DNA of 64,000 nt from an uncultured Acidobacteriota bacterium (GCA_963748295.1 CAVVIH010000001.1:238021-302020), one strand, 5' to 3'. Numbered from the stretch's first letter, positions 47,046 through 56,989 are shown. Made by a program: numbers and translations. The notes: a model not told the origin generated them from the letters alone.

Positions 47046-47579
47046 ATGGAGCAGACGCTCCTTCTGAACGCGACGTACGAGCCCCTCAAAGTCGTCCACT
47101 GGCAGAAAGCCATCACCCTTTGGTGCCAGGGGAAGGTTGAGGTTATCTCTACGTACGAGCGGGAGGTGCGCTCCCCGTCGTTCCGGTTCAAGCTCCCGTC
47201 CGTCATCCGGCTGCTGCGGTTCATCCGGATCAAGCGGAACATCGACTACGTGCCGTTCTCCCGCGCGAACATCTACGCGCGCGACGACCACTCCTGCCAG
47301 TATTGCGGGGAGGTGTTCCCCACCTCGGAGCTTACCTTCGATCATGTCGTGCCGGTCGCCCAGGGCGGCCGAAAAGATTGGGAGAACATCGTAACCTGCT
47401 GCATTGCCTGCAATCGCAGGAAGGGCGGCCGCACGCCGCACGAGGCCGGGATGCACCTGATCCGGGTGCCGAAACGTCCCGAGCGGGCGCCCGCGATCCG
47501 AATCACGGTCGGGTTGAAGAACGCTCCGGACAGCTGGCGCGACTACTTCTACTGGAACATGCCGCTGGACGAGACCTGA
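47046..47579 (+). CDS. HNH endonuclease family protein
   Basis: MEQTLLLNATYEPLKVVHWQKAITL..., DDHSCQYCGEVFPTSELTFDHVVPVAQGGRKDWENIVTCCIACNRRKG (CxxC...H-N-H...CxxC). Confidence 0.8.
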   Translation: MEQTLLLNATYEPLKVVHWQKAITLWCQGKVEVISTYEREVRSPSFRFKLPSVIRLLRFIRIKRNIDYVPFSRANIYARDDHSCQYCGEVFPTSELTFDHVVPVAQGGRKDWENIVTCCIACNRRKGGRTPHEAGMHLIRVPKRPERAPAIRITVGLKNAPDSWRDYFYWNMPLDET

Positions 47580-47673
47580 CGTCTCGCGCCCGCGGCCGCC
47601 GGTAGCCGGGCGCCATCTGCCCTCGGAACTCATCCCGCCATACCATCTCAATCACCGAACTGCCGGCGTCCAC

Positions 47674-48690
47674 ATGAACACCACGGCGCGTGCTCGAATC
47701 AGCGCTGTCCAGCCACTCTGGGCAATCGAAGGGGGGCGCGTCACCATTGCGGGCGACGGCCTGTTCGCGGGTCACGACCTTCCCGAGGTCCGCTTCGAAA
47801 GCTCTCTCGCCCGCATTGCTCGCGCCGCGCCGCAATCGCTGACCGCCATCGTTCCCTCCGGACTCGACGGCGGGCGTACCGCGGTCCGAATCGATAGCGC
47901 GCCCGGTGAAACGATCTACGTCGACGTCGGCGCGCCGCTCGCGACCGGCCTGCACCAGGTGGACAGCCCGGCGTTCGACCGCGACGGAAACCTGTATGTC
48001 ACTTACAGCGGGTCGCGGGGCCAGCAGGCGCCGGTCTCCATTTACGTCGTTCGCCGGGACGGCACCCGGCAGCCGTTCGTCACCGATCTTCCGAACCCGA
48101 CGTCGATGACGGTGGGCCCCGACGGCCATTTGTACGTGTCGAGCCGGTTCGACGGCAGCGTGTACCGCGTCGATCGCAACGGCACGGTGTCTACCTACGC
48201 CACGCACCTGGGGGTCGCCTGCGGGATCGCCTTCGGGCCTGACGGCAAGCTCTACGTCGGGGATCGCTCCGGATCGGTGCTCGCCGTGAGCGAGGGGCGG
48301 GCGGCGCAGTTCGCCGCGCTCCCGCCGAGCGTCGCCGCATTCCACCTCGCCTTCGGACCCGACGGATCGCTCTACGTCTGCGCGCCGACGCTGGCGCCCT
48401 GCGACGTGGTGTATCGCATCACGCCCGACGCCGGGGTCGACGTCCTCGCCGAAGGCTTCGGCCGGCCGCAGGGCCTCGCCTTCGACTCGAACGGCGCGCT
48501 CTACGTCGTGGACGCCATCGCCGGCGACAGCGCACTCTACCGATTGAACATCAAGACCGGCGCAAGGGAACGGCTGCTCGAAGGCGGCTCGCTGATCGGC
48601 CTCGCGTTCGATCCGGTCGGCGGCGTCGTGCTGGCGTCGATCGACTCGGTGTACCGCTTCGAAAACGGGCTGCAGCCGCTTTTCGGATAG
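47674..48690 (+). CDS. IPT/TIG-like N-terminal domain + NHL/SMP-30-like beta-propeller protein
   Basis: Repeated blades: FDRDGNLYVT, VGPDGHLYVSS, FGPDGKLYVGD, FGPDGSLYVC, FDSNGALYVVD. Confidence 0.6.
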   Translation: MNTTARARISAVQPLWAIEGGRVTIAGDGLFAGHDLPEVRFESSLARIARAAPQSLTAIVPSGLDGGRTAVRIDSAPGETIYVDVGAPLATGLHQVDSPAFDRDGNLYVTYSGSRGQQAPVSIYVVRRDGTRQPFVTDLPNPTSMTVGPDGHLYVSSRFDGSVYRVDRNGTVSTYATHLGVACGIAFGPDGKLYVGDRSGSVLAVSEGRAAQFAALPPSVAAFHLAFGPDGSLYVCAPTLAPCDVVYRITPDAGVDVLAEGFGRPQGLAFDSNGALYVVDAIAGDSALYRLNIKTGARERLLEGGSLIGLAFDPVGGVVLASIDSVYRFENGLQPLFG

Positions 48691-48703
48691 ACTCTCCGGT
48701 CGC

Positions 48704-50227
48704 ATGTCCCTTTTTCGAGTCAAACGTCTCGATCAACTCGTTGCCGAGTCCGAGCATGGCGAAGGCCGGCTCAAACGATCGCTCGGCGCGGTGCAGCTGA
48801 CATCGCTCGGCATCGGCGCGATTATCGGCGCCGGCATCTTCTCGACCGTCGGCACCGCCGCCGCCGGCGGCCCCGCGCACGTTGGCGCAGGTCCGGCGCT
48901 GATCATTTCCTTCGTCATCGTCGCGATCGCGTGCGGATTCGCCGCGCTCTGCTACGCGGAGTTCGCGGCGATGGTGCCGATCTCCGGCTCCGCGTATACC
49001 TATGCGTACGCCACGCTCGGGGAGCTGGTGGCGTGGATCATCGGCTGGGACCTGATCATCGAGTACGCGGTCGGCAACGTCGCGGTGGCGATTTCGTGGT
49101 CGGGGTATTTTCAGGAACTGCTGCGCGGGTTCGGCATCGACTTCCCGCTCTGGCTCGGGATCGATTACCGCAGCGCGTCCCAGGCCGCGCACCACATCGC
49201 GGAGGCGCAGGCGGCAAATGTGGACCTCGCGACCCTTGGCATCGGCGTCGAGCGCGCCGCCGCCGCGCTGGCCGCCGCACCTGTCGTCGCAGGCATGCCC
49301 ATCGTCTTCAATCTTCCCGCGTTCGTGATCGTGATGCTGGTGACGTGGGTGCTCGTCCGCGGCATCAGCGAAAGCGCATGGCTGAACACGTCGATGGTCG
49401 TGTTGAAGCTCGCGATCATCGCGTTCTTCCTGATCATTGGCGCCTTTTACGTGAAGCCCGAGCACTGGACCCCGTTCGCGCCGAACGGCTGGACCGGGAT
49501 CTCGAGCGCGGCGGCGATCATCTTCTTCGCGTACATCGGCTTCGACGCGGTGTCGACCGCCGCGGAGGAGACCAAGAACCCGCAGCGGGACATGCCGATC
49601 GGCATGATCGCGAGCCTCATCGTCTGCACCGTCATCTACATCGGTGTCGCCATCGTGCTGACCGGGATGGTGCCGTGGAACGAGCTGGGCACGGCCGAGC
49701 CGCTGGCCACGGCGTTCTCCGCGATCGGATTGAACTGGGCGGCCGCGATCATCTCGCTCGGCGCCGTGTTCGCGACGACGTCCGTGCTCGTCGTCTTCCA
49801 GCTCGGCCAGCCACGCATCTTCTTCTCGATGGCGCGTGACGGGCTGCTCCCGCCGTGGGCGGCAAAGGTGCACCCGAAGTTCCACACGCCGCACATCACC
49901 ACGATCCTGACCGGCGTGCTGGTCGCGGTGTTCGCCGGGATCGCGAACATCAACGAAGTCGTCGAGCTGACGAACATCGGCACGCTGTTCGCGTTCGTCA
50001 TCGTCGCGGTCGGCATCCTCGTGCTTCGGCGCACGGATCCGGATCGCCACCGGCCCTTCCGCACACCGCTGGTGCCTCTCGTGCCTTTCGGCGCCATCAT
50101 CTGCTGTGCTTACCTGATGCTGCAGCTGCCGCTGGCGACCTGGATTCGCTTCGTCGTCTGGCTTGCGGTCGGGCTCGTCTTCTATTTCCTGTACGGGGTC
50201 TACCACAGCAGGCTGCGTCCGCGCTGA
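48704..50227 (+). CDS. APC superfamily amino acid permease (cationic amino acid transporter-like)
   Basis: LKRSLGAVQLTSLGIGAIIGAGIFSTVG, FFAYIGFDAVSTAAEETKNPQRDMP. About 12-14 TM segments. Confidence 0.85.
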   Translation: MSLFRVKRLDQLVAESEHGEGRLKRSLGAVQLTSLGIGAIIGAGIFSTVGTAAAGGPAHVGAGPALIISFVIVAIACGFAALCYAEFAAMVPISGSAYTYAYATLGELVAWIIGWDLIIEYAVGNVAVAISWSGYFQELLRGFGIDFPLWLGIDYRSASQAAHHIAEAQAANVDLATLGIGVERAAAALAAAPVVAGMPIVFNLPAFVIVMLVTWVLVRGISESAWLNTSMVVLKLAIIAFFLIIGAFYVKPEHWTPFAPNGWTGISSAAAIIFFAYIGFDAVSTAAEETKNPQRDMPIGMIASLIVCTVIYIGVAIVLTGMVPWNELGTAEPLATAFSAIGLNWAAAIISLGAVFATTSVLVVFQLGQPRIFFSMARDGLLPPWAAKVHPKFHTPHITTILTGVLVAVFAGIANINEVVELTNIGTLFAFVIVAVGILVLRRTDPDRHRPFRTPLVPLVPFGAIICCAYLMLQLPLATWIRFVVWLAVGLVFYFLYGVYHSRLRPR

Positions 50228-50246
50228 GCGGCGCAGGCGGGGTAGG

Positions 50247-50289
50247 TGGTAGAATGACTGTTTGGAATTGCTGCGAAATTCCGGACAGT
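50247..50289 (+). promoter_or_regulatory. extended -10 promoter plus inverted repeat (candidate operator) in front of uvrA
   Basis: TGgTAGAAT (50247..50255), followed by ACTGTTTGGAATT (50257..50269) / AATTCCGGACAGT (50277..50289). 11 of 13 positions are complementary with a 7-nt spacer. The uvrA ATG is at 50294. Confidence 0.4.
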
Positions 50290-50293
50290 AAGC

Positions 50294-53153
50294 ATGGCCC
50301 ACGACTGGATTGCAGTACGCGGAGCCCGCGTTCACAACCTCAAGAATATCGACGTCGATCTCCCGCGCGATCAGCTCGTGGTGATCACGGGTCTGTCCGG
50401 CTCGGGTAAGTCGTCGCTCGCCTTCGACACCATTTATGCCGAAGGGCAGCGGCGCTACGTCGAATCGCTGTCGTCCTACGCCCGGCAGTTCCTCGAGCAG
50501 ATGGAGAAGCCGGACGTCGACCTGATCGACGGCCTTTCCCCGGCGATCGCGATCGAACAGAAAACGACCGGCTCCAACCCGCGGTCCACGGTTGGAACCG
50601 TTACCGAAATCTACGATTACCTCCGCCTGCTGTTCGCGAACATCGGCGTCCCGCACTGTCATCTCTGCGGCCGTGAGATTGCCTCGCAGTCGCTCGATCG
50701 CATCGTCGACATGGTGATGCTGTCGCCTGGCGAGGAGCGCGTGAACGTCCTCGCGCCAATCGTGCGCGGCCGCAAGGGGGAGTTCAAGAAGGAGCTGGCC
50801 GGCCTGCGCGCGCGCGGGTTCACCAAGGCCCGCGTCGACGGCCAGCTGCGGTCGCTCGAGGACGACATCAAGCTGGATCGCCGCAGGAATCACACCATCG
50901 ATGTCGTCGTCGATCGCCTGATCCTGAAGCCCGGCGTCGAACGCCGGCTCACCGAATCGGTGGACATCGCGCTCGGGCTGGCCGACGACATCGTCGTGAT
51001 CAACACGCTCGACGGCGGCGATCGGCTGTTCTCGCGACGCCTGGCCTGCACCTACTGCGGCGTCAGCATGCCCGAGATGACGCCCCGCGCCTTCTCGTTC
51101 AACTCACCTCACGGCGCCTGCACCGACTGTCAGGGACTCGGCGCGGTGTATGACTTCGATCCGTCGCGGCTGGTGCCCGACGAATCGGTATCGCTGCAGG
51201 ACGGCGCCATCGTTCCGTGGGCGCGAGGGGATCGCAAGCTCGTACGCGAAGCGCTTGCCGTTCTCAGCAGGACTTTCGGAATCGACTTGACCGTTCCGTT
51301 CCGCCGGTTGCCGCGAAAGTTGCGCGACATCCTGCTGTTCGGAGCCGGAACCGCGGCACGGCGCGGTGACGCGGACGATGTGCGGCGGAGGAAGAAGCGC
51401 GAAGCCGATCCGTTCGGCGCCGGATTCGAGGGGCTGATCCCCAATCTCCGCAGGCGGTACGAGGAAGGCTCCTGGGCCGATCAGGAAGCGCTCGAACCGT
51501 ACCGCGCGCTTCGGCCGTGCCCGTCCTGTCAGGGGGAGCGGCTGAAGCCGCAGAGCCGCGCGGTCCGGGTGAAAGGCAGGACGATGTCCGAATTCGTCAA
51601 CCTGCCGATTTCGGAGGCGCTGAACGCGATCGACGCGCTTCAGCTTTCCGACCGGGAGCACATGATCGCGAGCCGGATCATTCGCGAGATTCGCGACCGC
51701 CTGCACTTCCTCAACGACGTCGGCGTCGGGTATTTGACGCTCGCGCGCAGCGCGGCAACGCTGTCGGGTGGGGAAGGCCAGCGTATCAGGCTCGCCACGC
51801 AAATCGGCTCCAACCTCACCGGCGTGTTGTACGTGCTGGACGAGCCGTCCATCGGCCTGCACCAGCGGGACAACCGTGCGCTGTTGTCGACCCTCGCGCG
51901 GCTGAGAGACCTCGGCAACACGGTCGTCGTCGTCGAACACGACGAGGAGACGATCCGCACTGCCGACTACATCGTCGATCTCGGTCCGGGCGCCGGCGAG
52001 CACGGCGGACACGTGATTTTTCAAGGCACGCCGGCCGAGCTCCTTCAGGACGGCGCTGGCTCGCTGACCGCCGCGTACCTGAAAGGCGAGCGGGCCATCA
52101 GCACGCCAAAGAATCGACGGCCGGCGTCGCGCGGGGAGGTCGTCATCAAAGGCGCCCGCGCGAACAACCTGAAGGACATCGACATCGCGATTCCTCTCGG
52201 CGTGCTGACGACCGTCACCGGCGTGAGCGGATCGGGCAAATCGACGCTGGTCAACGAGATCCTCTACCGTGCCCTCGCGCGGCTGCTCTATCGCGCGGCC
52301 GACGAACCTGGCGTCCACACGGCGATCGAAGGGATCGAGCTGCTCGACAAAGTCATTCAGATCGACCAGTCGCCAATTGGCCGGACACCGCGATCCAATC
52401 CTGCGACCTACACCGGGCTGTTCACGTTCATCCGGGAACTGTTCGCGATGCTCCCGGACGCCAAGGCGCGGGGCTTCCGGCCGGGCCGTTTCTCGTTCAA
52501 CGTCAAGGGCGGGCGCTGCGAAGCGTGTCAGGGCGACGGGGTGATCGCCATCGAGATGCACTTCCTGCCGGACGTCTACGTGACGTGCGAGCAGTGCAAG
52601 GGACGGCGGTACAACCGCGAAACGCTCGAAATCAAGTACCGCGGCAAGTCGATCGCCGACGTCCTCGATCTGACGGTCGATCAGGCGCTGCCGCTTCTCG
52701 AGAACTTCCCGCCAATCGCGAACAAGCTCCGCACGCTGCAGGACGTCGGACTGGGATACATCGAGCTCGGCCAGTCGGCAACCACGCTGAGCGGCGGCGA
52801 GGCGCAGAGAGTGAAGCTCTCCAAGGAGCTGTCGCGCCGCGGGCACCGGCAAGACGCTCTACATCCTGGACGAGCCCACGACCGGCCTGCACTTCGAGGA
52901 CACACACAAGCTGCTCGACGTGCTCAACAAACTTGTGGATCAGGGCAACACAGTTGTAATCATCGAGCACAACCTCGACGTCATCAAATCCGCGGACTAC
53001 GTGATCGACCTTGGTCCCGAAGGAGGGGAGGCGGGCGGCCGCATAGTTGCGAGGGGGACTCCTGAGGAAGTCGCAAGGAGCCGAGAATCCTTTACGGGAC
53101 GGTTTCTGGCCGATGTCCTGGGCGCTGCGCCGGCCCGCCAGGCGGCGTCGTAG
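50294..53153 (+). CDS. uvrA: excinuclease ABC subunit A (frame break at the G-run 52841..52843)
   Basis: [126 protein letters not shown]. After removing one G it continues [25 protein letters not shown]...[21 protein letters not shown] (ORF 52920..53153). Confidence 0.9.
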
Positions 53154-53421
53154 CGGTCCGAAACGACGGTTTCCGGAGCAAAAACCGTGGGATTGCGGCA
53201 ACTTACAATTTTGAGCGCTGTGGTATCATTGCCACACTCTCAGGCCTCCACACTGTGGCTGGCCGGCCACAATCGTCGCTCCGTGACCCGATTCCGCACG
53301 CGGTTTTCGACACGCAAGACGAACCAAGTCAACAACTTAGGCGCCGTATACCAGATGTCCTGCGGGTGGCAGACTGTTTGCTGAGCTGGGAGAAGCTCTC
53401 CCCCATGCGATCCGAGAGGTC

Positions 53422-54339
53422 ATGAACGCGCAGCGCACCCTCCGTCGAACCGTCTCCTGCACCGGAATCGGCCTTCATTCCGGCAACAAGGTCACTCTGT
53501 CGCTCAAGCCGGCGCCGGCCGATTACGGCATCCGGTTCCAGCGCTCCGACCTGGGGGGACTCGAGATTCCGGCTACCGTCACGCACCTTGGCGGCATCCA
53601 GTACCAGACCGGGCTGACCCGCGAGGCGGTCTCCGTCGAGACGGTGGAGCACCTGCTGGCCGCCCTCACAGCGCTGGGGATCGACAACGTCATCGTCGAG
53701 TTGAACCACCCCGAAGTGCCGATCATGGACGGCAGCGCCGCGCCGTTCGTCTACCTGATCCTGAATGAAGCGGGCGTCAAGCGCCTCCAGGCGCCGCGCC
53801 GGTATCTCAAGGTGCTGCGGCCGATCTCGCTGACGCAGGGCGACAAGCGCATTGCGCTCTACCCGTCCGAGCAGTTCAAGGTCACCTACAGCATCAGCTT
53901 CGATCATCCGCTCCTGCGGCATCAGTCGCGGACGATGCGGATCACCGAGGAGAGCTTCGTCGAGGAGATCGCCCCGGCGCGGACGTTCGGGTTCCTGAAG
54001 GAAGTCGAGATGCTGCGTCAGCGCGGGCTCGCGCTGGGCGGCTCGCTGGACAACGCGATCGTGCTGGGCGAGACCGGCGTCCTGAACAACGCGCTGCGGT
54101 TCGAGGACGAGTTCGTCCGCCACAAGATCCTGGACGTCATCGGCGATCTTTCGCTGGTCGGGCACCCCGTGGTCGGCCACCTGGTTGCGCATCGCGGCGG
54201 CCACGCGCTCCACACGGCGTTCGCGGCCAAGATCCTCGAAGAGACCGACGCCTGGCGTCTCCTCGAAGCTCCGGCTGATCCATCTGTCGTGGCGATTCCG
54301 TCGGCTGCAGCGAAACCTGCGGCGAGACTGGCGAACTAA
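53422..54339 (+). CDS. lpxC: UDP-3-O-acyl-N-acetylglucosamine deacetylase
   Basis: QRTLRRTVSCTGIGLHSGNKV, VETVEHLLAAL, IDNVIVEL...EVPIMDGSAAPFVYL, ARTFGF, GLALGGSLDNAIVL, FVRHKILDVIGDL, HRGGHALH. Confidence 0.9.
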   Translation: MNAQRTLRRTVSCTGIGLHSGNKVTLSLKPAPADYGIRFQRSDLGGLEIPATVTHLGGIQYQTGLTREAVSVETVEHLLAALTALGIDNVIVELNHPEVPIMDGSAAPFVYLILNEAGVKRLQAPRRYLKVLRPISLTQGDKRIALYPSEQFKVTYSISFDHPLLRHQSRTMRITEESFVEEIAPARTFGFLKEVEMLRQRGLALGGSLDNAIVLGETGVLNNALRFEDEFVRHKILDVIGDLSLVGHPVVGHLVAHRGGHALHTAFAAKILEETDAWRLLEAPADPSVVAIPSAAAKPAARLAN

Positions 54340-54348
54340 GCTTCCAGC

Positions 54349-55710
54349 TCAGATCACCAGCAGCGTCTTCGTCGTTGTTGGTGATCCGCACGCCTCGAAC
54401 CAGTCGATTCCCTCGCTGACCAGATCGAACTTCAACGCGTAGCGCCCCGGCTTGTCCGGAGCGGTGAAGCGCAGGCGGACGTCGGCTGTCTCCCCAGGAC
54501 CGACGTTGGCCGGGAGCCAGGCGCGCTCGAAATCCCGGTTGATGACGGTGCTGTCGCGATCGCAGAGCTGCGCGCCAAGGCGGACCAGGCGGCGCCCGTA
54601 GCTGGCCTGGGCCGGAAACGGCCGCGTCGAGAGGTTGCGCACCAGCGTCCGCAGTTCCGTCGGGCGTCCCTTTCGCGCGATCACCGGCAGCGCCGCGAGC
54701 GGACCCTTCACGTCGATCCGCGCCCGCGGCGTCGCACCCGGGATCGCATTTCCCAGATTGTTGTCGTCCCAGATCTCGTGCTTGATCGCGGCGAGCCCCG
54801 GCGTGCCGGGCACGAAGCGCTTCGAGAACATGTCCTCGGGATGATCGGTCAGCTCCCAGCAAAGCCGGTCGATGCCGAGGTCGGCCGCCATCGTCCGCGC
54901 CCGCGTCATCTCCTCGTCGCTGTCGTTGTGCGAGAAGAGAATGTAGCGCCAGTTGATGAACGGCACGTCGCGGCCGTTGCGGCGCTTTTCCTCCGCGGCG
55001 GTTCGAAGATTCGCGATCGCCTTCTCGAACTCGCCGCGGCGCCGGTAGATCGCGTAGCTCTCGGCTGTCGCTCCGTCGATCGAGAACGTGACTTCGTCGA
55101 TTCCGGAGTGCACGAGCCGCCTGACCTGATCCGGCGTGAACGCCAGGCCGTTGGTGCTGGTGTAGAGATACACCTGTGGAAACCGCGACTTGATGTACTC
55201 GCACATCTCGATCGCGCGCTTGTGCAGGAACGTCTCGCCGTAGTTGAAGAAGTCGATGCGAACCAGCGAGGGCCCCGCTTCGTCGACGACGCGGCGGAAG
55301 ATCTCGAAGTCCAGCATGCCGGCCTTGCGGGTCCGCGTGATGCCGGTTTCGGGCGCGCAGCATGCCTGCGCGCAGGAGATGTTGCAGGCGGCGGTGCACT
55401 CGATATACAGCCGGGAGGGCAGCAGCCCGACGTCGAGGGCGCGCTGCGGCGGCGCTTCGTCCTTCTTGAGCGGAAGCTTGAGCGGGCAGTCGCCACAGAA
55501 TTTCGACCCGCCGGCGTTGAGGTCGCGGCGCAGCGTCGACGCCAGGGCGCCGGTCCACACCGCCGAGACGCTCTCCGATTTGACGTCCCCGAGCACGCGC
55601 TTGCCGTACGGGTCGGCGCACCCGCAGACGAGGCGTCCATCGCACAGGAGCACCATCGTGCTCGAGGGCCACGAACAGGTGAAACGCGTGGCGAGGTAGT
55701 TCAGCGACAC
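54349..55710 (-). CDS. radical SAM-like enzyme with an N-terminal SPASM/twitch-like Cys cluster and a C-terminal Ig-like domain
   Basis: N-terminus: FTCSWPSSTMVLLCDGRLVCGC...GDVKSESVSAVW...FCGDCP. Core: LYIECTAACNISCAQACC...IDFFNYGETFLH...TSTNG...VTFSIDG. C-terminus: ...GPGETADVRLRFTAPDKPGRYALKFDLVSEGIDWF. Confidence 0.65.
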   Translation of the reverse strand: MSLNYLATRFTCSWPSSTMVLLCDGRLVCGCADPYGKRVLGDVKSESVSAVWTGALASTLRRDLNAGGSKFCGDCPLKLPLKKDEAPPQRALDVGLLPSRLYIECTAACNISCAQACCAPETGITRTRKAGMLDFEIFRRVVDEAGPSLVRIDFFNYGETFLHKRAIEMCEYIKSRFPQVYLYTSTNGLAFTPDQVRRLVHSGIDEVTFSIDGATAESYAIYRRRGEFEKAIANLRTAAEEKRRNGRDVPFINWRYILFSHNDSDEEMTRARTMAADLGIDRLCWELTDHPEDMFSKRFVPGTPGLAAIKHEIWDDNNLGNAIPGATPRARIDVKGPLAALPVIARKGRPTELRTLVRNLSTRPFPAQASYGRRLVRLGAQLCDRDSTVINRDFERAWLPANVGPGETADVRLRFTAPDKPGRYALKFDLVSEGIDWFEACGSPTTTKTLLVI

Positions 55711-55723
55711 GGACTGGGGCCTG

Positions 55724-55993
55724 CTAGGCTTTTTTCCTGAGCCTCTTCATGTAGGCGCCGAGCCGCTCGTTCTCGTAGGACACGAAATTGAGGAAGAGGC
55801 TCTCGGCGAAGTACTGGCGGCGCTCGTCGTTGTTCATCTGCTCGATCAGGTTCTGAATCTCGCGCACGGTGTCTTCGAACGTGCGATCGAGCTCGCGCCG
55901 GGCGGTCAGCTCGCGATAGAGCGTTTCGAGCAGCGTCAGCAGATCGCCGTCCAGGGCGACCGCGGCGCCGGCGGTCGTTTTGATCGTGTGCAT
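55724..55993 (-). CDS. 89-aa helical hypothetical protein
   Basis: Intact ORF wedged between the STAS gene (4-nt gap) and the radical SAM gene (13-nt gap). No Cys, predicted helical, Lys/Arg-rich tail (MKRLRKKA). No motif that I recognise. Confidence 0.5.
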   Translation of the reverse strand: MHTIKTTAGAAVALDGDLLTLLETLYRELTARRELDRTFEDTVREIQNLIEQMNNDERRQYFAESLFLNFVSYENERLGAYMKRLRKKA

Positions 55994-55997
55994 CGAG

Positions 55998-56339
55998 TTA
56001 GGCTCCGAAGCTTTTGACGGCGCTGGGTTCGTCCGGGTGTACCTCGATGAAGTTCTGCGCCCCGGTCATCGTCAGCATCGTTTCGACGCGCTTCTGGACG
56101 CCGGCGAGCTTGAGGGCGCCGCCGGCCGCGGTCGCCTGCCGGTAGAGATCCATCAGGCACCCGATCGTGGCGCTGTCGACGTAGCCGACCGACGACAGGT
56201 TGACGACCACGCGGCGCTCGCCGGTGGCGATCAGCTGCGTCACGGCCGACGAGAATTCGGAGAGCAGCGGGTACATCAGGCGCGATTCGCCGACGCGCAC
56301 GACCGCAATCCCGTTTGCGTTTTCGGTAGTGAGGTTCAT
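55998..56339 (-). CDS. STAS-domain protein (anti-sigma-factor antagonist, SpoIIAA/RsbV-like)
   Basis: 113 aa. VVVNLSSVGYVDSATIGCLMDLYRQATAAGGALKLAGVQKRVETMLTMTG. ATGA overlap with the sigma factor gene. Confidence 0.8.
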   Translation of the reverse strand: MNLTTENANGIAVVRVGESRLMYPLLSEFSSAVTQLIATGERRVVVNLSSVGYVDSATIGCLMDLYRQATAAGGALKLAGVQKRVETMLTMTGAQNFIEVHPDEPSAVKSFGA

Positions 56340-56989
56340 TCAGACACTCCGGATCGCCGGCCCCGTCCGCGCGCGGTCGAGCCGCGGCGGCGTCGCACGG
56401 CGGGCTGTTTGTCCTGCAGGCGCTTCAACTGGTGCGCCAGCTCGATGCGTCCGCGGTTGATGCGCGACTTGACGGTTCCCTCGGGCAACCCCAGCTGATC
56501 GGCGATCTCCTGGTACGACAATTCCTGCAAGTCGCGCAGGATGACGGCGGTCCGCAGCGTTGCCGGCAGCGCCTGCAGCGCCTGCCGCAGCAGCGCGCGA
56601 AGATCCTGGTGCTCGGCCGCCTGATACGGCCCGCGGTCCGCCGACGCCGGCTGCAGGTCGCCGGTGTCCACTTCGCGCGCGATCGTCTGCCGCTCCTTCC
56701 GGACGCTGCGATAGTGATCGATGCACAGGTTCCGGCTGATGCTGACGATCCACGTCTGAAAATTCGCCCGCCGATCGAACGTCGCCAGCGCCTTGAATAT
56801 CTTCAGGAAGATATCCTGCGTCAGGTCTTCGGCTTCGTCGTGCTTGCCGACGAACTTGTAGGCGACATTGAAGACCTTGCGCCAGTTCTGTCGGACGACG
56901 GCTTCCCACGCCGCCTGGTCACCCTTCAGACACTGCTCGATGAGGCTGTCGGGCGTTGCCGGTTGCCCGGCCGCGGATTCAACAGACAT
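56336..56989 (-). CDS. ECF-type RNA polymerase sigma factor
   Basis: Region 2: KFVGKHDEAEDLTQDIFLKIFKALATFDRRANFQTWIVSISRNLCIDHYR. Region 4: LPATLRTAVILRDLQELSYQEIADQLGLPEGTVKSRINRGR. Arg-rich C-terminal tail. Confidence 0.85.
   Translation of the reverse strand: MSVESAAGQPATPDSLIEQCLKGDQAAWEAVVRQNWRKVFNVAYKFVGKHDEAEDLTQDIFLKIFKALATFDRRANFQTWIVSISRNLCIDHYRSVRKERQTIAREVDTGDLQPASADRGPYQAAEHQDLRALLRQALQALPATLRTAVILRDLQELSYQEIADQLGLPEGTVKSRINRGRIELAHQLKRLQDKQPAVRRRRGSTARGRGRRSGVSE

Noticed and set aside
47046-47579. The stand-alone HNH endonuclease might be part of a restriction or defence system.
   Set aside because: There are no adjacent methyltransferase, helicase, ATPase or other defence-type genes. 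Its neighbours are cell-wall enzymes, and its short single-domain form looks like a widely conserved housekeeping-type HNH protein.
48551-50893. Very long antisense ORFs. Examples: 48551..50893 (780 aa), 9508..11499, 14025..15941, 16572..18200, 24522..26111, 43628..45193, 51104..52852 and 8342..9511.
   Set aside because: They lie opposite genes with clear family motifs, are Arg/Asp/Gly/Pro/His-rich low-complexity translations, and have no recognisable domains. They are typical stop-codon-poor shadow ORFs of high-GC DNA.
53187-53384. 65-aa ORF in the 268-bp uvrA-lpxC spacer, plus small palindromes there (CCACACTGTGG, TGGCCGGCCA).
   Set aside because: The ORF has no RBS and its composition is odd. 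The spacer more likely holds the lpxC promoter and leader (for example TTACAA-15 nt-TATCAT around 53203..53229), but nothing there is strong enough to annotate.
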